From NCBI GenBank assembly GCA_903926385.1, contig CAIYIS010000010.1, positions 7,060 to 71,059 on the forward strand: a stretch of DNA of 64,000 bases, given 5' to 3'. How positions within the stretch are numbered: the first letter of the stretch is position 1; every line of letters starts with the position of its first letter. Position numbers and translations under genes: made by a program. Origin of the DNA: an uncultured Bacteroidota bacterium (GTDB taxonomy: Bacteria; Bacteroidota; Bacteroidia; 2-12-FULL-35-15). The notes under the pieces are model-generated. The model saw only the letters and a list, made by a program, of their open reading frames with translations. It was not told the DNA's origin and did no database searches. Shown here one piece after another: positions 21,603 to 31,190 of the stretch.

Positions 21603-24143
21603 GTGACAAACGGAATGAGTAAACTAAATTATAAACGAAATTATATCGCTGCTTACTTTTCCGAAAAGGGAAGATACAGTTCTATTCTGTTTCTTCTGTT
21701 TGCTTCATTTTCACTTCTCAATTCCCGCTCACAGGCACAAACTACCAAAATTACTGGTAAAGTGGTGGATGCTGTTACACGCGAACCATTACCTTTTGTA
21801 AATATTATTTTTAAAGGAACCACTGTGGGTGTTACCACAGATGTAGAAGGCTTGTATTCTATCTCTACTCCACTTAAAGTTGATTCGCTGATGGTATCAT
21901 ATATTGGTTATAATGCTGTGACCCGAGCCGTGAAACGCGGAGTAACTCAGGAAATGAACATTCCACTTACACAAGGTGTGGAATTGCAAACGGTGGTGGT
22001 TAAAGCCGGAGAGAATCCTGCATGGAGAATTTTGAGAAAAATAATTGCCAACAAAGAAAAGAACGACCGAAAAAAACTGGAAGCATACGAATATGAAGTG
22101 TACAATAAAGTGGAGTTCGATTTGAACAACATTAATAAAGCAACCAAACAAATTCTGAAACCATTCTCGTTTATATTTAATGAAATTGATAGCAGCAATA
22201 CTAAGGAAAAACCTTACCTGCCTGTATTCATGACAGAAGCTTTGTCTGATTTTTATTATCGCAAAAGTCCACAGGTAAAAAACGAAACTGTTAAAGCCAG
22301 TAAGGTGGCAGGCGTTCAGAATGCTTCTGTGTCGCAGTTTATGGGCGACATGTATCAAAACGTAAATGTATACGACAACTTTATTCTTGTTTTTGGTAAA
22401 AACTTTGTGTCGCCAATTGCCGACAATGCATTATTGTTTTATAAATTTTATTTGATAGACAGCATGTCCATTGACGGGCATAAATGTTATCAGTTGCAGT
22501 TTAAACCCAAACGAAAAGGAGATCTTACTTTCTCCGGAAATTTGTTTACAGCTGATACCACTTTTGGCATAAAACGAATTGAGATGAGTTTGGCTGAGGA
22601 TGCTAATATCAATTTTATCAATACCACTAATGTTATTCAGGAGTACACCTATGTGTACAGTACATGGATGATGAAAAAAGAACGCTTGGTAATCGACTTT
22701 AATCCCTTTCCGGTGAATGATAAAAAGAAGTCGATGATGGGTGTGTACGGGCGAAAGACGGCCTCGTATAATAATTTTGTGATTAATAAACCTCGAGAAA
22801 ATAAGTTCTATTCGCTAACGGAAGATTTGAAAGTAGCCGATGATGCATTCAATAAATCACCCGAATACTGGAAACAACATCGATTAGATTCGCTATCGAA
22901 AGACGAGAAACAGATTTACCACATGGTGGATACTTTGCAAACACTACCGGTTTATAAAACATGGATTGACATTATTCAAATGTTTGCTACCGGTTATAAA
23001 GTGAGTGGTAACTTTGAGTACGGACCGTATTACAATATGTTTAGCTATAATGCCATCGAAGGAAACCGTTTCAGATTTGGAGGAAGAACCAGTAATAAGT
23101 TTAGCAAATGGTACGAACTAAGCGGATATACTGCCTTCGGGACCAAAGACGAGAAATTTAAATATGGATTAGGTGTTCGTGCTTTTATTACCAAAAAACC
23201 TCGTTTGATGGTGGGTATGTATTACAAAAACGATAACGAAATATTGGGCCAAAGTCAGAACGGATATACAACGGATAATATTCTTTCATCGGTATTAGCT
23301 ATTACACCACTTAATAATCTAACCAATGTTAAGCAAACGTATGCTTACATCGACAGAGAGTGGTTTACGGGCTTCAATACAAGTATCAGTATTTACAACC
23401 GAAAGATGACACCGCTTGCTGATTTTCATTATGAATATCAGAAAAACTCCAATACTACAGCTTATCTCGAAAACATTACCACTACCGAACTTCGCGTGTT
23501 CACTCGCTTTGCCTATCACGAAAAGTTTATTGAAGGGGTGTTTACCAGAGCAAGCCTTGGTACCAAATGGCCTATTATCTCTGCGCAATACACCTTGGGG
23601 ATGAAGAATGTTTTCGGAGGTAATTATAATTATAATAAAATGGTAATTAACTGGGATCACTTTATTCGTACCCGAGCGCTTGGATACTTTAATTATGTTA
23701 TAGAATATGGTAAAACATTTAATCCATTGCCGTATCCATTGCTTACACTGCACGGAGGAAATGAAACCTACACATACGATCCGTATGCATTTAACGCAAT
23801 GAACTATTATGAATTTGTGAGCGATGAATACGCATTCTTTAAAGGAGAACATCACTTCGATGGTTTCTTCTTCAATAAAATTCCCTTACTCAGAAAACTG
23901 AAATGGAGAGAAGTAATAGGAGGCAATGCCCTTATCGGGCGAGTTAACGATGAAAACAGAAGTTTACTTAATTTTCCTGATCACTTGTACGACTTAAGTC
24001 GAGGGCCTTATCTGGAGGCAAATGCAGGGGTAGAAAACATATTTAAGATATTCCGTTTTGACGGGGTGTGGAGACTTTCGTATCTCGACAATCCTCGTGT
24101 AACACCGTTCAGTATTCGCTTTTCGTTGAACCTGGCGTTCTAA
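21603..24143 (+). CDS. CarboxypepD_reg-like plus DUF5686 domain outer-membrane protein
   Basis: ITGKVVDAVTREPLPFVNIIFKGTTVGVTTDVEGLYSI (carboxypeptidase regulatory-like fold), followed by a long beta-rich C-terminus ending in F. The track start is GTG. An ATG at 21615 (MSKLNYK) is an alternative start. Confidence 0.7.
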   Translation: MTNGMSKLNYKRNYIAAYFSEKGRYSSILFLLFASFSLLNSRSQAQTTKITGKVVDAVTREPLPFVNIIFKGTTVGVTTDVEGLYSISTPLKVDSLMVSYIGYNAVTRAVKRGVTQEMNIPLTQGVELQTVVVKAGENPAWRILRKIIANKEKNDRKKLEAYEYEVYNKVEFDLNNINKATKQILKPFSFIFNEIDSSNTKEKPYLPVFMTEALSDFYYRKSPQVKNETVKASKVAGVQNASVSQFMGDMYQNVNVYDNFILVFGKNFVSPIADNALLFYKFYLIDSMSIDGHKCYQLQFKPKRKGDLTFSGNLFTADTTFGIKRIEMSLAEDANINFINTTNVIQEYTYVYSTWMMKKERLVIDFNPFPVNDKKKSMMGVYGRKTASYNNFVINKPRENKFYSLTEDLKVADDAFNKSPEYWKQHRLDSLSKDEKQIYHMVDTLQTLPVYKTWIDIIQMFATGYKVSGNFEYGPYYNMFSYNAIEGNRFRFGGRTSNKFSKWYELSGYTAFGTKDEKFKYGLGVRAFITKKPRLMVGMYYKNDNEILGQSQNGYTTDNILSSVLAITPLNNLTNVKQTYAYIDREWFTGFNTSISIYNRKMTPLADFHYEYQKNSNTTAYLENITTTELRVFTRFAYHEKFIEGVFTRASLGTKWPIISAQYTLGMKNVFGGNYNYNKMVINWDHFIRTRALGYFNYVIEYGKTFNPLPYPLLTLHGGNETYTYDPYAFNAMNYYEFVSDEYAFFKGEHHFDGFFFNKIPLLRKLKWREVIGGNALIGRVNDENRSLLNFPDHLYDLSRGPYLEANAGVENIFKIFRFDGVWRLSYLDNPRVTPFSIRFSLNLAF

Positions 24144-24146
24144 TAT

Positions 24147-25445
24147 TTATACTACCTCGGCTACTGTAAACGTACTGCCGCCAATAAAAATCAAATCATC
24201 TTTACCGGCTTTTTCCTGAGCAGAAGTCAAAGCATCTTTAACCGAACCATAAATGTTTCCGTTCAGATTATGCTCTTTGGCCTGAGTCGAGAGCTGGTCG
24301 GCATCTAATGCCCGAGGAATATTTGCTTTGCAAAAATAGTATGTAGCTTCTTTAGGAAGTAAAGCCAGTATGGCCGAAATATCTTTGTCGTTAACCATAC
24401 CCAATACAAAATGCAATTGTTTGTGGGGTGTTTGGCCGAGCTGAGCCACCACTTCTTTAATGCCGGCTTCGTTATGACCTGTGTCGGCAATGGTGAGGGG
24501 ATCAGAACAAAGTATCTGCCATCGGCCCGAAAGTCCGGTGTTGGTCATCACTTTTTTTATCCCGGTGCGCACATTGGTATCGGTAATAAAATAGTCCAGC
24601 TTCTTTAAAATATCAATGGCACAAAGAACGGCAGGAATGTTTTTTTGCTGATAGAATCCGGGCAACTCGCATTCCAAATCTCTCATCACCACATTACCTT
24701 TTCGAATAATATCGGTGTGCAATGTAAGTTTTCCGTTCTGAACATGTCTTGTGTTGCCGGCCTTGTAAACATCGTCAGCAAAGAGAAGTGGAGCATTTTT
24801 ATCGATTGCCTGTTTTATAAATACATGTTTGGTTTCTTCCTGTTTTTCTCCGATGATAACAGGAATATTTTCTTTAATAATGCCGGCCTTTTCGCCTGCA
24901 ATGGCCTCCAGGGTGTCGCCCAATAAAGCTTTGTGGTCGAAACTAATATTGGTAATGATGCTCAGTTCGGGGCGGATAACATTAGTAGAATCGAGGCGGC
25001 CACCCAAACCAACTTCGATAATGGCAATGTCTACATTTTCGCTGGCGAAATAATTAAACGCCATGCCAACGGTCATTTCGAAGAAAGAGAGTTCGGGTTT
25101 TTCGACATCCGACTGAATATAATTTTCAATAAAAGAAGTAACAAACTCTTCCGGAATTTTGATGCCGTTAATTTTTATTCGCTCTCTGAAATCGGTAAGG
25201 TGAGGCGAGGTGTAAAGCCCTGTTTTGTAACCTGCACATTGCAGAATAGAAGCTAGCATGTGTGAGGTAGAACCTTTGCCATTGGTACCGGCCACATGTA
25301 TGGTTTTAAAATTTCGTTCGGGATTGTTGAGCAAGCTGCACAGAGCAATGGTATTGTTCAGGTCGGCTTTATAAGCAGCGCTGCCAATGCGTTGAAACAT
25401 CGGCAAACGCGAAAACATATAATCAAGTGTTTGCTGGTAATTCAT
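24147..25445 (-). CDS. folC: Bifunctional folylpolyglutamate synthase/dihydrofolate synthase
   Basis: Mur-ligase P-loop HVAGTNGKGST, with IIEVGLGGRLDSTN and ITNISFDH motifs. 432 aa. Confidence 0.9.
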   Translation of the reverse strand: MNYQQTLDYMFSRLPMFQRIGSAAYKADLNNTIALCSLLNNPERNFKTIHVAGTNGKGSTSHMLASILQCAGYKTGLYTSPHLTDFRERIKINGIKIPEEFVTSFIENYIQSDVEKPELSFFEMTVGMAFNYFASENVDIAIIEVGLGGRLDSTNVIRPELSIITNISFDHKALLGDTLEAIAGEKAGIIKENIPVIIGEKQEETKHVFIKQAIDKNAPLLFADDVYKAGNTRHVQNGKLTLHTDIIRKGNVVMRDLECELPGFYQQKNIPAVLCAIDILKKLDYFITDTNVRTGIKKVMTNTGLSGRWQILCSDPLTIADTGHNEAGIKEVVAQLGQTPHKQLHFVLGMVNDKDISAILALLPKEATYYFCKANIPRALDADQLSTQAKEHNLNGNIYGSVKDALTSAQEKAGKDDLIFIGGSTFTVAEVV

Positions 25446-25495
25446 AAAAAAACTCTTCAGTAAAGTTTTTTATTTTATGCTGTGAAATTACAAAT

Positions 25496-26305
25496 TTATT
25501 CGAGAGTAAACACAAAAGTCCATGTTCCTCTTTGTTCTTTGGCTCCGTCCGGACTCGGGTTGAATTTAGCTTGTCGTACCGCCTGACGTGCTTTTGCAAA
25601 CAGTTTGGCAGATGTGGTAGTAGAACCCCGCTGACCCGGAGTAGCTTTAATTACTTTTCCATTCTCGTCCACTATAATTTCTACCACCACTATTCCTTCT
25701 TCTTCCGAGTCGGTAAGTTTATCAGGTCTCACCATCAGTTGTCGGCCTTTTAAATCATAGCCACCTTTACCGTTAAATCCGGGAGTACCATTTCCATGCC
25801 CTGTTCCATCACCATCGCCAACTCCCTGCTGAGAGCCGTTTCCGGAGCCTCCTGTGCCTTTATTACCTTCGCCTTTACCTTTGTGTTGCTTTTTAAGTTT
25901 AAGTGCAGCCAAAGCTTTAGCCAGTTCCGAACTTGGCTTTTCTTCTGGCACTACTGATGCTTCGGCTTTGTTTTCCTTTTTGCTTTTCGGATTCTTTTTT
26001 ACAGCCACAGCTGTTTCTGTTTCGTCAGTAACCACATTGGCAGCACTGTTTTCAACCTTCGGACTTTTTACTTTTTCGGGCGAAGTGGCAATATCTTTGT
26101 CCTTTTGTCCGCTACCACCTGCATCTGTATTACCAAGCCCTTCGGGCCCCAACCCTATTTCTATTTCGGGCACAGGTTTAATTTCGAAAGGAGGAATGGG
26201 GGTGATAAATACAATCAGAATAAACAGCAAAATGAGCAACGCATGAATAACCAGCGTTAGCAGTAATGCTATGTACTTGTTTTTATTTTCGGCTAACGCT
26301 TCCAT
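25496..26305 (-). CDS. tonB: Energy transducer TonB
   Basis: N-terminal TM, a P/K/E/G-rich linker and a C-terminal TonB fold (GIVVVEIIVDENGKVIKA...). Last gene of an exbB-exbD-tonB string. Confidence 0.8.
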   Translation of the reverse strand: MEALAENKNKYIALLLTLVIHALLILLFILIVFITPIPPFEIKPVPEIEIGLGPEGLGNTDAGGSGQKDKDIATSPEKVKSPKVENSAANVVTDETETAVAVKKNPKSKKENKAEASVVPEEKPSSELAKALAALKLKKQHKGKGEGNKGTGGSGNGSQQGVGDGDGTGHGNGTPGFNGKGGYDLKGRQLMVRPDKLTDSEEEGIVVVEIIVDENGKVIKATPGQRGSTTTSAKLFAKARQAVRQAKFNPSPDGAKEQRGTWTFVFTLE

Positions 26306-26310
26306 TTTAT

Positions 26311-26712
26311 TTATTTTGTAGTGGCCTTGGTGGCTAATACCATTTTTACTCCCAGACTATATCCTATCTGCATCACATCAGCCAAGTCTTGTATGGATAA
26401 AGTATTGTCGAGTTTCAGAATAATAGTAGGCGATTTGGTTCGGGCCAGTTCTATTTTTAATCCGTTTTCTAAGTCACCAAAAGCAATTGGTGTTTTGTTG
26501 AGTATGTATTGATGATTAGCATCCACTTCCACAGTTACCTGCTGTTTGGCTATCTGCTCAGCAGTTTTCGAACTCGGGAGCGTTAGTTTGAGCACCGAAG
26601 GATTGGCCAATGTGGAAATAATTAAAAAGAATAAGAGGAGGAAGAACATGATATCGTTCAACGATTCTGTGCTCACTTCGGCTCCTTCCCGGTGTCTTCG
26701 CTTTAGTTTCAT
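26311..26712 (-). CDS. exbD: Biopolymer transport protein ExbD/TolR
   Basis: 133 aa with a single TM (IMFFLLLFFLIISTL) and an ExbD-like periplasmic domain. Confidence 0.85.
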   Translation of the reverse strand: MKLKRRHREGAEVSTESLNDIMFFLLLFFLIISTLANPSVLKLTLPSSKTAEQIAKQQVTVEVDANHQYILNKTPIAFGDLENGLKIELARTKSPTIILKLDNTLSIQDLADVMQIGYSLGVKMVLATKATTK

Positions 26713-26757
26713 TTTAAATTAGTGATTTCGTTAATTACGTATTGTTCAATAACTGGT

Positions 26758-27480
26758 TTATTTCCCCGGTTCGTAAAGGATATCAATAAACTCTATGGAT
26801 GCTGTTTCCATTTTATTAATGGTTTTGTCGAGCATGGCATTGAGTATGTAATATCCTATAAACGCTGCCAACCCCACCAAGAGGCCTGATGCAGAAGTAA
26901 TCATTTTTTGATACAGTCCTGTAGAGATAACTCCTATACTGATATTGTCGGTTAACGATATGTCGTAAAATATTTTGATAACCCCCGCAATGGTTCCGAT
27001 AAAGCCGAAAATAGGCCCTATTCTACCTATCAAACTCAGCACCGATAGATTTTTTTCCATACGATTTATCTCCAGCTTGCCTGCACCCTCCATGGCTTCT
27101 TCTATTTCTTTAATAGGTTTGCCTATGCGGGAAATGCCTTTCTCTATCATACGTGCAGCGGGTGCCGAAGAATTTCTGCACAATGATTTGGCTGCTTCCA
27201 TATTGCCATTGTGGATATAATCTTTAATATTATTCATAAAGTTTTTATCCATTTTGCCTGCCTTTTTGATGGTCAGAAAACGCTCAATAAAAAAGTAAAT
27301 GGTCAATACAGAAAGGATTCCCATGGGTATCATGATGGGCCCGCCTTTCAGAATTAAATCCATCAGCGAAAGCGAATCGTGTTTGGGAGCTGCTGCCGGA
27401 ACCGCTGCCAACGCACTCTTTGCGGTATCTGTGGCCTGGGCGGCATTGGTTATAACTTGCAATAAAACCGTTTGAAACAT
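26758..27480 (-). CDS. exbB: MotA/TolQ/ExbB proton-channel protein
   Basis: Three TM segments and the conserved LSLIGRIGPIFGFIGTIAGVI motif. Confidence 0.85.
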   Translation of the reverse strand: MFQTVLLQVITNAAQATDTAKSALAAVPAAAPKHDSLSLMDLILKGGPIMIPMGILSVLTIYFFIERFLTIKKAGKMDKNFMNNIKDYIHNGNMEAAKSLCRNSSAPAARMIEKGISRIGKPIKEIEEAMEGAGKLEINRMEKNLSVLSLIGRIGPIFGFIGTIAGVIKIFYDISLTDNISIGVISTGLYQKMITSASGLLVGLAAFIGYYILNAMLDKTINKMETASIEFIDILYEPGK

Positions 27481-27628
27481 ATTGTTTGTTTTTTAGTTTG
27501 ATTAATAAAATAATTAATGAACGCTAAATTAATTGTAAGCAGAAGGCAAATGGTTTTGATGTTGTATAACTTATAAACACTCCATTGTTTATTAGCCTCG
27601 TGCTTTCGTTTCTATTCTTATTTCCTTC

Positions 27629-28065
27629 CTCTGTGGTTCTTTGTGTCTCCTCCTTTTTGGCTCTGTGTAATTAAAAAATATTTTTCTTACACAGAGTTTC
27701 ACCGAGAATACACAGAGCACCACAGCGTTTTTCAATTGTGTTTATTAGAGAAAACTATTCTACTTAACGCTCTCCAAGAACCATTTGTTAAGGCTGCTTA
27801 TTTGTTCTTTATTGCCTCACCCCTGTATGCTCCTTTAGGCAAAGCAAGAGGAGATACAGGGGCGGGCCTACACTATTAACGAGAAATATTTCATTTTATT
27901 GCGCAGATTGAAATATTTTTTTTCAATCGCCATCGGTTCGTCACTCTCCTCTGAGCACCTCACCCCTTTATCCCCTCTCCAAAGGAGAGGGGGCTAAGTG
28001 TAGTGAATTGTAAATTTTGCTTGTATCTATTCACCCCTCTCCTTCGGAGAGGGGCCGGGGGTGAG
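27629..28065. repeat. Cluster of GC-rich palindromic (REP/MITE-like) elements in the exbB-upstream intergenic region
   Basis: (a) ~97-bp nested palindrome: outer arms 27629-27652 / 27704-27725, inner CTCTGTGTAA 27661-27670 / TTACACAGAG 27687-27696. (b) CCCCTGTATGCTCCT 27820-27834 / AGGAGATACAGGGG 27849-27862. (c) GATTGAAA 27907-27914 / TTTCAATC 27921-27928. (d) CCCCTCTCC-AAA-GGAGAGGGG 27972-27992. (e) CCCCTCTCC-TTCG-GGAGAGGGG 28034-28055, flanked by TCACCCC / GGGGTGA. Confidence 0.85.
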
Positions 28066-28145
28066 GTATTTTGCTTTCTGAAAATCATCTTAGGTATTAG
28101 TAACTTATTTCTACCCCTCCCTTTCGAAGCAAATGCCTATGCTTT

Positions 28146-28931
28146 TTAGTTTCGTAATCTGAACTTGATGGGCAGATTAAACTGCACCCTAACAGGCTCT
28201 CCATGGTTTTTGCCGGGTTTCCATTTAGGCATACCCTTTACCACTCGTATGGCTTCTTCGGTGCATCCATCGGCCAAAGGGCGCAATGTTTTTACATCTC
28301 CTATCGAACCATCTTTTTCGACCACAAAGGTGAGAAACACTTGCCCCTGTGTATAATTTTCGACTGCCATACGGGGATATTTAATATTATCGGCCAGGTA
28401 TTGAAACAAGTTGCCTTTAAACTCGGGCATTTCACCGGGTACCAACACAGGGGGTAATTCCACATCCGGTTTTTTAGTAACCACATCGGGAATAATATCT
28501 GTAGGCGGAACAGAATCTTTACCATCCAGAGTGCCATGTTTGGTTATGGTTACCAAATCATTTGGTTTTATGTCAGTATCCGTTTTTTTATCTGTAGCCG
28601 TAAAATTGCGGTCGTCCGAATGAGGTTTGGGCTCTTCTATCTTTTTTTTCGCCTCGGTGGGTTTAGGCATCTCGTGGGGCAACTCAATAAGAATAGAAAC
28701 CATAGAATCTTTGTTTACCACAAAATCTTTTTTGGTAAGCGGGGGTACATTGTTTCGGGTAAAAGCAAGGGCAGCAAGGGCTATAAAGCCAAAAAACAAC
28801 ACAGCCAGCAGAAGCGAAAAACTCATACTGTTCTGATAACCCCTGCGGATAAGGTAGGCTCCGTAAGCCTTGTTTCTGTTTTCGAAAACCATTTCATTAA
28901 AGTTTTCTACCATTTCATTTTGCGTGTTCAT
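28146..28931 (-). CDS. TonB-family energy transducer (second copy)
   Basis: N-terminal TM (FSLLLAVLFFGFIALAALAF), P/K/T/D-rich linker and a C-terminal TonB domain (FKGNLFQYLADNIKYPRMAVENYTQGQVFLTFVVEKDGSI...PVRVQFNLPIKF). Confidence 0.8.
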   Translation of the reverse strand: MNTQNEMVENFNEMVFENRNKAYGAYLIRRGYQNSMSFSLLLAVLFFGFIALAALAFTRNNVPPLTKKDFVVNKDSMVSILIELPHEMPKPTEAKKKIEEPKPHSDDRNFTATDKKTDTDIKPNDLVTITKHGTLDGKDSVPPTDIIPDVVTKKPDVELPPVLVPGEMPEFKGNLFQYLADNIKYPRMAVENYTQGQVFLTFVVEKDGSIGDVKTLRPLADGCTEEAIRVVKGMPKWKPGKNHGEPVRVQFNLPIKFRLRN

Positions 28932-29230
28932 TGTATTTTGTTTTAATGATTACCCCGTTTTTTTTGTCTTCACATTTGCAACCCTCACGAGGTTTTAGTA
29001 GGTTTGTAAATGTGGCTCTTTTACTATAAGATGCAGAAACCGAAAAATTCCATAAAATAAATTGTTAAATTTTTTTTTGGGAAACATGACCCAGGCCCGT
29101 GAAGTATTCTGTAGCCTCCGGCAGTCGGTGTTAAGTAAGCCCGTTTTTTTTCTGCCCCTGCATCATTTCTGTTTATCTCTTTTTCATTTCTCCTTCATCA
29201 GTATTAACCCTTATTGTATTTATTAATATT

Positions 29231-29290
29231 GTATATTTGTGAGAGGAAAAATAATGTGTTGTGGAGAGATGATATTGAATTGGAAATATT
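29231..29290 (+). promoter_or_regulatory. Conserved promoter/5' leader, copy A (-7 box TATATTTG at 29232-29239)
   Basis: GTATATTTGTGAGAGGAAAAATAATGTGTTGTGGAGAGATGATATTGAATTGGAAATATT, about 25 nt upstream of the ATG at 29316. Shared with copies B and C. TATATTTG fits the Bacteroidota TAnnTTTG -7 consensus. Confidence 0.55.
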
Positions 29291-29315
29291 AGCAGACAAC
29301 TAAAACATAAACGAA

Positions 29316-30953
29316 ATGAAAAAACTTTACACTACAATGGTAATTGCTTTAATAAGCATTAATTCTTTTGCACAAACACCAAATTGGGCTTGGGCAAAAA
29401 GTATGGGAGCAAGTGGTTATGAATATGGAAATTCGGTTGCTACTGATGCAACAGGTAATATATATGTAACAGGAGGTTTTACAAGTCCAACTATTGTTTT
29501 TGGCACTACTACTTTAACTAATTCAGGGGGCGTAGGGAGCAACGATATGTATCTTGTAAAATACGATGCAACAGGAGCTGTGCTTTGGGCAATAAGTGCA
29601 GGTGGAAGTTATAATGATTGGGGATATTCTGTTACTACCGATGCTACGGGTGACATATATGTGTCAGGATATTTTAGTAGCCCAACTCTTGTTTTTGGCA
29701 CTACTACTCTAATTCATACAGCACTCGCTGATATGTTTCTTGTAAAATACGATGCGACAGGTACAGTGCTTTGGGCAAAAAGCGCAGGTGGTAGTAATGA
29801 TGATAATGGAATTTCGGTTGCTACCAATGCAACGGGTGATGTGTATGTAACAGGTTTTTTTACAAGTCCAACTCTTGTTTTTGGAACTACTACTTTGACC
29901 AATGCAGGGAATAGGGATATGTTTCTTGTAAAATACGATGCGACAGGTACAGTGCTTTGGGCAAAAAGCACAGGAGGAAGTGGTGATGACTTTGTTTGGT
30001 CAGTTGCTACCGATGCAGGAGGTGATGTATATGTAGTAGGGGAATTTGCTAGTCCAACTATTGTTTTTGGCACTACTACGTTAACTAATACAGCGACTTC
30101 TGATATGTTTCTAGTAAAATACGATGCTACAGGTCTAGTGCTTTGGGCAAAAAGTGCAGGAGGAAGTAATTATGATGAGGGTATTTCAGTTGCTACCGAT
30201 GCAGCGGGTGATATATATGTTACAGGGGATTTTGCCAGTCCAACCCTTGTTTTTGACACTACTACTTTGACTAATACAGGAGGGTTTGATATGTTTCTTG
30301 TAAAATACGATGCAACAGGAACGGTTCTTTGGGCAAAAAATACAGGTGGAAGTGGTAATGATTATGGAGTGTCTGTCGCTACCGAGGCAGCGGGTGATGT
30401 ATATGTTACAGGATCTTTTGCCAGTCCAACCCTTGTTTTTGGCACTACTACTTTGACTAATGCAGGGAGCGATGATATATTTCTTGTAAAATACGATGCA
30501 ACAGGTCAAGTGCTTTGGGCAAAAAGTGCAGGAGGAAGTGGTTCTGATCAGGGTATTTCTGTTGCTACTGATGCAGCGGGTGATTTATATGTGACAGGGG
30601 CATTTTATAGTCCAACTATTGTTTTTGGCGGTACTACTTTGACTAATTCAGGAAGCGATGACATGTATCTTGCCAAAATAAATGCAACAACAGGAATTCA
30701 GGAACAACAATTGGTTTCAGGTTTTTCCATTTCCCCCAACCCCTTCACCTCCCATACAACAATTACCTTTAGCGAAGCCCAAAAGAACACAACAATAAGA
30801 ATAACTGATATGCTCGGACAAGAAATAAAAACAATAAACTTTACAGGCAAACAACTGACAATAGACAAAGGCGAAATGAAAGCAGGTATTTATTTTGTGC
30901 AGACAACAGACGAAAAGAAAAACGTAACGAACAAGAAAATAATAATACAGTAA
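29316..30953 (+). CDS. SBBP beta-propeller repeat protein with T9SS C-terminal sorting domain
   Basis: Signal peptide, then about 7-8 tandem 62-aa repeats (GGSxxDxGxSVATDAxGDxYVTGxFxSPTLVFGTTTLTNxGxxDMFLVKYDATGxVLWAKS). C-terminal ISPNPFTSHTTITF...GIYFVQTTDEKKNVTNKKIIIQ is a Por secretion tail. Confidence 0.85.
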   Translation: MKKLYTTMVIALISINSFAQTPNWAWAKSMGASGYEYGNSVATDATGNIYVTGGFTSPTIVFGTTTLTNSGGVGSNDMYLVKYDATGAVLWAISAGGSYNDWGYSVTTDATGDIYVSGYFSSPTLVFGTTTLIHTALADMFLVKYDATGTVLWAKSAGGSNDDNGISVATNATGDVYVTGFFTSPTLVFGTTTLTNAGNRDMFLVKYDATGTVLWAKSTGGSGDDFVWSVATDAGGDVYVVGEFASPTIVFGTTTLTNTATSDMFLVKYDATGLVLWAKSAGGSNYDEGISVATDAAGDIYVTGDFASPTLVFDTTTLTNTGGFDMFLVKYDATGTVLWAKNTGGSGNDYGVSVATEAAGDVYVTGSFASPTLVFGTTTLTNAGSDDIFLVKYDATGQVLWAKSAGGSGSDQGISVATDAAGDLYVTGAFYSPTIVFGGTTLTNSGSDDMYLAKINATTGIQEQQLVSGFSISPNPFTSHTTITFSEAQKNTTIRITDMLGQEIKTINFTGKQLTIDKGEMKAGIYFVQTTDEKKNVTNKKIIIQ

Positions 30954-30960
30954 ACTCGCA

Positions 30961-31004
30961 GCTCACCTCTCCCCTTTATCCCCTCTCCACAAGAGAGGGG
31001 GGAT
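30961..31004. repeat. Third copy of the CCCCTCTCC hairpin element
   Basis: CTCACCTCTCCCCTTTATCCCCTCTCCACAAGAGAGGGGGG. The ~30-nt core is nearly identical to 27958-27993 (CCTCACCCCTTTATCCCCTCTCCAAAGGAGAGGGGG). Confidence 0.8.
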
Positions 31005-31049
31005 GCGTGACGGTTGGGGTAGGATTTTATTTAATACATATATATATAT

Positions 31050-31190
31050 GTATATTTGTGAGGGGAATTTAAGCGGGTACGGTTTGCAGGTGGAAAAACA
31101 CCTGCAAAGGCATCGTGTCTGCAAAATTAAAAGAGTAAGTATGCAACACCAACAGGGGCGAAAAATGATGTGTTGTGGAGGGAAGATGTA
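31050..31190 (+). promoter_or_regulatory. Conserved promoter/5' leader, copy B, split by a ~90-bp insertion
   Basis: GTATATTTGTGAGGGGAATTT (31050-31070; -7 box 31051-31058) and AAAAATGATGTGTTGTGGAGGGAAGATGTA (31161-31190) match the two halves of copy A. The intervening 31071-31160 contains the hairpin TTTGCAGGTG (31083-31092) / CACCTGCAAA (31099-31108). Confidence 0.5.

Noticed and set aside
21897-23855. Antisense ORFs of 153 and 178 aa inside the DUF5686 gene
   Set aside because: These are shadow frames of a well-supported 846-aa gene. They carry no motifs and have biased composition.
25854-26246. 130-aa plus-strand ORF opposite tonB
   Set aside because: It is the antisense of the low-complexity P/K/E/G linker of TonB, which naturally lacks stops.
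27643-27879. 78-aa ORF (…FHREYTEHHS…)
   Set aside because: It runs straight through the CTCTGTG/CACAGAG palindromic element and the next hairpin. This is the typical spurious ORF generated by REP-like repeats.
28165-28946. Several plus-strand ORFs (63-136 aa) opposite the second TonB-family gene
   Set aside because: The minus-strand product has a clear TonB C-terminal domain. The plus-strand frames are overlapping shadows.
29041-29160. Possible small RNA or terminator in the divergent region upstream of the SBBP gene (…AAGCCCGTTTTTTTTT)
   Set aside because: I could not find a convincing stem preceding the T-run. The GC-rich words (GGCCCG, AGCCCG) do not pair in a terminator-like geometry.
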